A stretch of DNA of 63,972 nt, the filler included, from Collodictyon triciliatum (lineage: Eukaryota), in NCBI GenBank assembly GCA_043381765.1. It is 4 parts of 4 records of this genome, joined end to end, with 100 filler letters (N's around TTAATTAATTAA, not from the genome) between each part and the next. Parts side by side here need not be neighbours in the genome. Positions count along the whole stretch, not along the records: positions 48,163 to 63,972 come from JBHJMP010001632.1; 3 more parts are not named here. The stretch is one strand, 5' to 3'. Position 1 is the first letter of the stretch, and each line of letters opens with the position of its first letter. A model generated the notes under the pieces. That model ran no database searches. It was given only the letters and a program-made list of their open reading frames with translations, and was not told the DNA's origin. This document shows positions 60,359 through 63,972 of the stretch, in pieces. The position numbers were made by a program, and so were the translations under genes.

Positions 60359-63300
60359 ATGATGCTTTTGACTGCCTTTGTTGCCATCTTTTTCTTTGTT
60401 TCATCGGCATCCTCAATTCATCCACGTCAAAGGTATATTTTGATTTATAAATATTTATAAAATACACTTTCGACTCAAATAAGGAAAACAGATGCCAGTA
60501 TTCAAGAGATGAGTTGCTTTCCATGAAAGTCGAAGATGCGTTCCAAATTCTGTTGAGCCACTACGATGAGACATGTCCTTTGTTAAAAGAGAGTGAAGAT
60601 AACTTTTCAGGGATGATGAATGGCTGGAAAGACGGAGAATACTCGCTAGAAAATGGACATGGTGCTGAATGGAATTATGGAAGAAAATCAACAACTAGTA
60701 AGGTCGATTTCTACAAAGAAATTCATTCGCCAATACGAAGTAGAAGCAGGGAACGGGGATTAGAGAACGAAGAGAACCGAAATGTGGCCGATGGAAATCC
60801 TGGGACCCAATACGAACTGCTCGTTCAACTTTACGCTTTACTTGGAGGTGATGGTTGGTATTCGAGCTATGGATGGAATGATTTGTACACTCCAATTTGT
60901 GGGTGGTATGGGATATACTGCTACCAGTGCCCTTATGAAATGCACAGGGTTATTCTTCAATACATAAATCATTCATTTTGTTCCGTCTGAATCGAATAAA
61001 GAACAAATTCATCTTGATCTAACATGTATATGCCATTAGGATAACACATGCCTCATCTATGCAATAAGCCTGTCAGGAAATAATCTTAACGGTGACATTG
61101 AAGCTGCCTCTGCAATTTTCGAGAAGTTCCAATTGTTGGATTCCTTGGACATGAGCTACAACTCCATTTACGGAAATCTTCCAGACTTTAATCTCCCAAG
61201 CATTACGTATTTGAATCTCTATGTGAATCAAATTACAGGAACAATTCCAGACTTTCAAGGAATGCCGAATATTGAATTTCTTGATATTGATGGGAATGGA
61301 TTGGAAGGAACAATACCGGATTTTTCTGGAATACAGTCGCTGAAAGCATTATACATTGGTGGAAGTGAAAAAATTACAGGTACAAAGTAATTTCCTTTAA
61401 GATTTATTCTGAATTCTAATGATTTTTCCATTTCAGGAACTCTTCCTGACTTCTCAGCGTTGCCAAATGTTCACTATCTTTGGATTTATATCTGCAAAGT
61501 TCATGGTTTGATTTTCATCCAATTAAATATGATGGCATACAAGTTGTCGTATTATCACCTATATAATATAGAGGTGATAATACCACACAAGTACTAATTT
61601 TTTTATATTAATTACAGGCATGGTTCCAAACTTCAGTGGAATACCAAATGTTTTAGAGATATATCTTAACAGCAATCAATTGGATGGTAAGTTTTCATTA
61701 TTATTTTCATGTATAATATATAAAAGAATCTAACTTTACATTACAGGAACCGTTCCAAACTTTAATGGAATTCCGAATGTTGAAATAATTTCTCTTGACA
61801 ACAACCATATGACTGGTTAGTTTTATTACTATTTCATATATCATTGAAGCAAAAAAAATTAACTTTACATTGCAGGAACGGTCCCAAACTTCAGTAGAAT
61901 TTCGAATGTTTTAGAGATATATCTTTTCAGCAATCAATTGACTGGCAAGCTTTAATTATAATTTCATGTGTTATTGATAAAAACTAACTTTACATTACAG
62001 GAACGGTCCCAAACTTCAGTAGAATACCGAATATTTTAGAGATATATATTCACAGCAATCAATTGACTGGCAAGCTTTAATTATAATTTCATGTGTTATT
62101 GATAAAAACTAACTTTATATTACAGGAACGATTCCAAACTTCAGTGGAATATCGAAGGTCGAAATAATATCTCTTTCCGACAACCAATTGATTGGTAATT
62201 TTTATTATTTTCGTGTGTTAATGATAAAAAAAAACTAACTTTATAATACAGGAACGATTTCAAACTTCAGTGGAATTCCAAATGTTTTAGAGATATATCT
62301 TTCCAGCAACCAGTTGATTGGTAAGTTTTATTATTTTTCATGTTTTATTGATAAAAAAACTAACTTTATATTACAGGAACGATTCCAAACTTCAGTGGAA
62401 TTCCAAATGTTTTAGAGATATATCTTTCCAGCAACCAGTTGATTGGTAGGTTTTATTATTTTTCATGTGTTATTGATAAAAAACTAACTTTATACAACAG
62501 GAACAGTTCCAAACTTCAGTGGAATTCCAAATGTTTTAGTAATTTATCTTTCCAGCAACCCATTGAATGGTATGTTTTAATTATTCTTTCATGTATTATT
62601 GATACGCTAACTTCATATTGCAGGCACGGTCCCAAACTTCAGTGGAATTCCAAATGTTTTAAGAATTCACCTTGATAGAAACAGACTGGATGGTGATTTC
62701 TATTCATTTTTCTTTTTTTGATTTTCATATTTACATTAATTCAATGAGTAATTTTAGGCAAAATCCCAAACTTTTCAAATATGCGTAAACTGGAGATCAT
62801 TTCTGTCTCTGATAATCAGTTGGAGAGAGAAGTTCCAAATTTTAGAGATTGCGAAAACATCAAGGGAATAGTATTGTTCCGAAATAAGTTGTCGGGCACA
62901 TTGCCAATGTTTAATCTTAATAGTCTTACTAGGCTGGATGTGAGCGAAAACCAAATCAGTGGCTCTATTCCAGAAAATTGGATATTGCCTTCAATTAAAT
63001 ACATCGACTTGTCTTGGAACAAAATGAACGGCACAGTCCCAACCTATTTTCAGGAATTACCAGAGCTGCAGTCACTCGTTTTATCACACAATAAATTCTC
63101 TGGAAGCATGCCTGATTCATTCTGGAATCTGCCGAATCTAGTCACCATTGATTTGAGAAACAACTCGTTTTCAGGAGACGTTGGTATTTTTATTGTTCCA
63201 GATACAGACAAAGTCGATTATTTTTATGAAAATCTTTTGCTTGATGATAACCAATTGAATGGAGAACTGAATTGGAGACTTTTTCACTATGTTAATAACA

Positions 63301-63972
63301 TAAAAACATTAAGTCTTATGAGCAACAACATCACCAGGCTTGATGACCTTACAAATCTTCTTACATGGACTTCACTAGACTTGTCTGGAAATCCTATTGT
63401 TGGAAGCATACCTGAATCTTACGATTCATTCACCAAGCTTGAGTATTTAGGATTCAAAAATACGAGCATGAGTCATGGTTCTTCATATTTTCTTCCATCC
63501 TTTATAAATATCACTGACTCCTACAATTTCGAAAGGACGACAGATAGATATTCATGCCCATCAGTTGCCCCTCTCTCAGGGTTGGTCGAGATGGAAGTGG
63601 ACATTGACCCAAAGTACCACGAATATGGGCTGTGCAAATGCTTACCTGGTTACTTTGGATTTGGAAACCATTGTGTGAAGTGCCCAAGAGAATGTGAGTG
63701 TAGTGACGGTGTTTCCTTGGAAAAATGCTATTTCACTCCAGACGTTCTTAAGATAGTCCAGATAGTTCCGTGCATGAATCCAGACGTGTGCAAATTTTAC
63801 ATTCCAGAGTCTATGTCAGAGAGAATGCTCATAAGCAATAAAACTTATGATTTCCCGTGTGAAAAAGGATACAAAGGAAGAAGTTGCTCTTTTTGTGAGG
63901 ATGGATACTTATTTGACAGCGGTGAATGCAGGGAATGCTCATCCGATTACTCTGCTCTCAAGGTTATTGTTT
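60359..63972 (+). CDS. Secreted/receptor-like LRR protein (signal peptide, LRRNT cap, many plant-type LRRs, Cys-rich region, probable TM beginning at the window edge); 3'-partial
   Basis: MMLLTAFVAIFFFVSSASS signal peptide and cap LLVQLYALLGGDGW...WNDLYTPICGWYGIYC. LRRs include LDMSYNSIYGNLPDF and LNLYVNQITGTIPDF. Ten 69-nt single-LRR exons precede a long exon from 62758 that ends CEKGYKGRSCSFCEDGYYLFDSGECRECSSDYSALKVIV. Confidence 0.9.
61618..62692 (+). repeat. Tandem array of ~125-130 bp exon+intron units, each encoding one 23-aa LRR
   Basis: Exons 61618-61686, 61747-61815, 61876-61944, 62001-62069, 62126-62194, 62252-62320, 62377-62445, 62501-62569 and 62624-62692, all 69 nt and phase 1-1. 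The introns are homologous to each other, ending ...CTAACTTTA(C/T)ATTACAG. Confidence 0.92.

Noticed and set aside
61618-62692. Regularly spaced repeats that superficially resemble a CRISPR array
   Set aside because: The units are spliceable LRR exons with homologous introns (GT/GC-AG, CTAAC branch point). There are no unique spacers and no cas genes, and the context is eukaryotic.

Overview
Intron-rich, AT-rich eukaryotic (probably protist) genomic DNA with many microsatellites. It has two plain N gaps and three artificial N-TTAATTAATTAA-N contig linkers. The first ~48 kb holds spliced host genes: MMS19 (-), FKBP15-like (-), a kinesin-12/KIF15-like motor with a probable IQ-containing tail (-), MZT1/MOZART1 (+), a class-C-GPCR-like 7TM fragment (+), a GBF1/GNOM-type Sec7 ArfGEF (+), a small intronless membrane protein (-) and a SEL1-repeat protein (-). 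The last contig (48163-63972) is accessory-rich. It carries the 3' end of a LINE with a zf-RVT finger, with a second degenerate copy at ~28.8-29.3 kb. Next come a GT61 glycosyltransferase and a putative tRNA-headed SINE whose tail matches that LINE's 3' end. These are followed by the right end of an endogenous Polinton-like virus/virophage-type element: penton C-terminus, intact 733-aa fibre-like gene, small TM pseudogene, Tlr6F-like pseudogene, palindromic intergenic motifs and a TIR-like end finishing in CTCTCT. The window ends in an LRR receptor-like gene built from tandemly duplicated units of a 69-nt exon plus intron. All family assignments come from motif recognition by eye, not database searches, and exon boundaries of the large genes are partly approximate.
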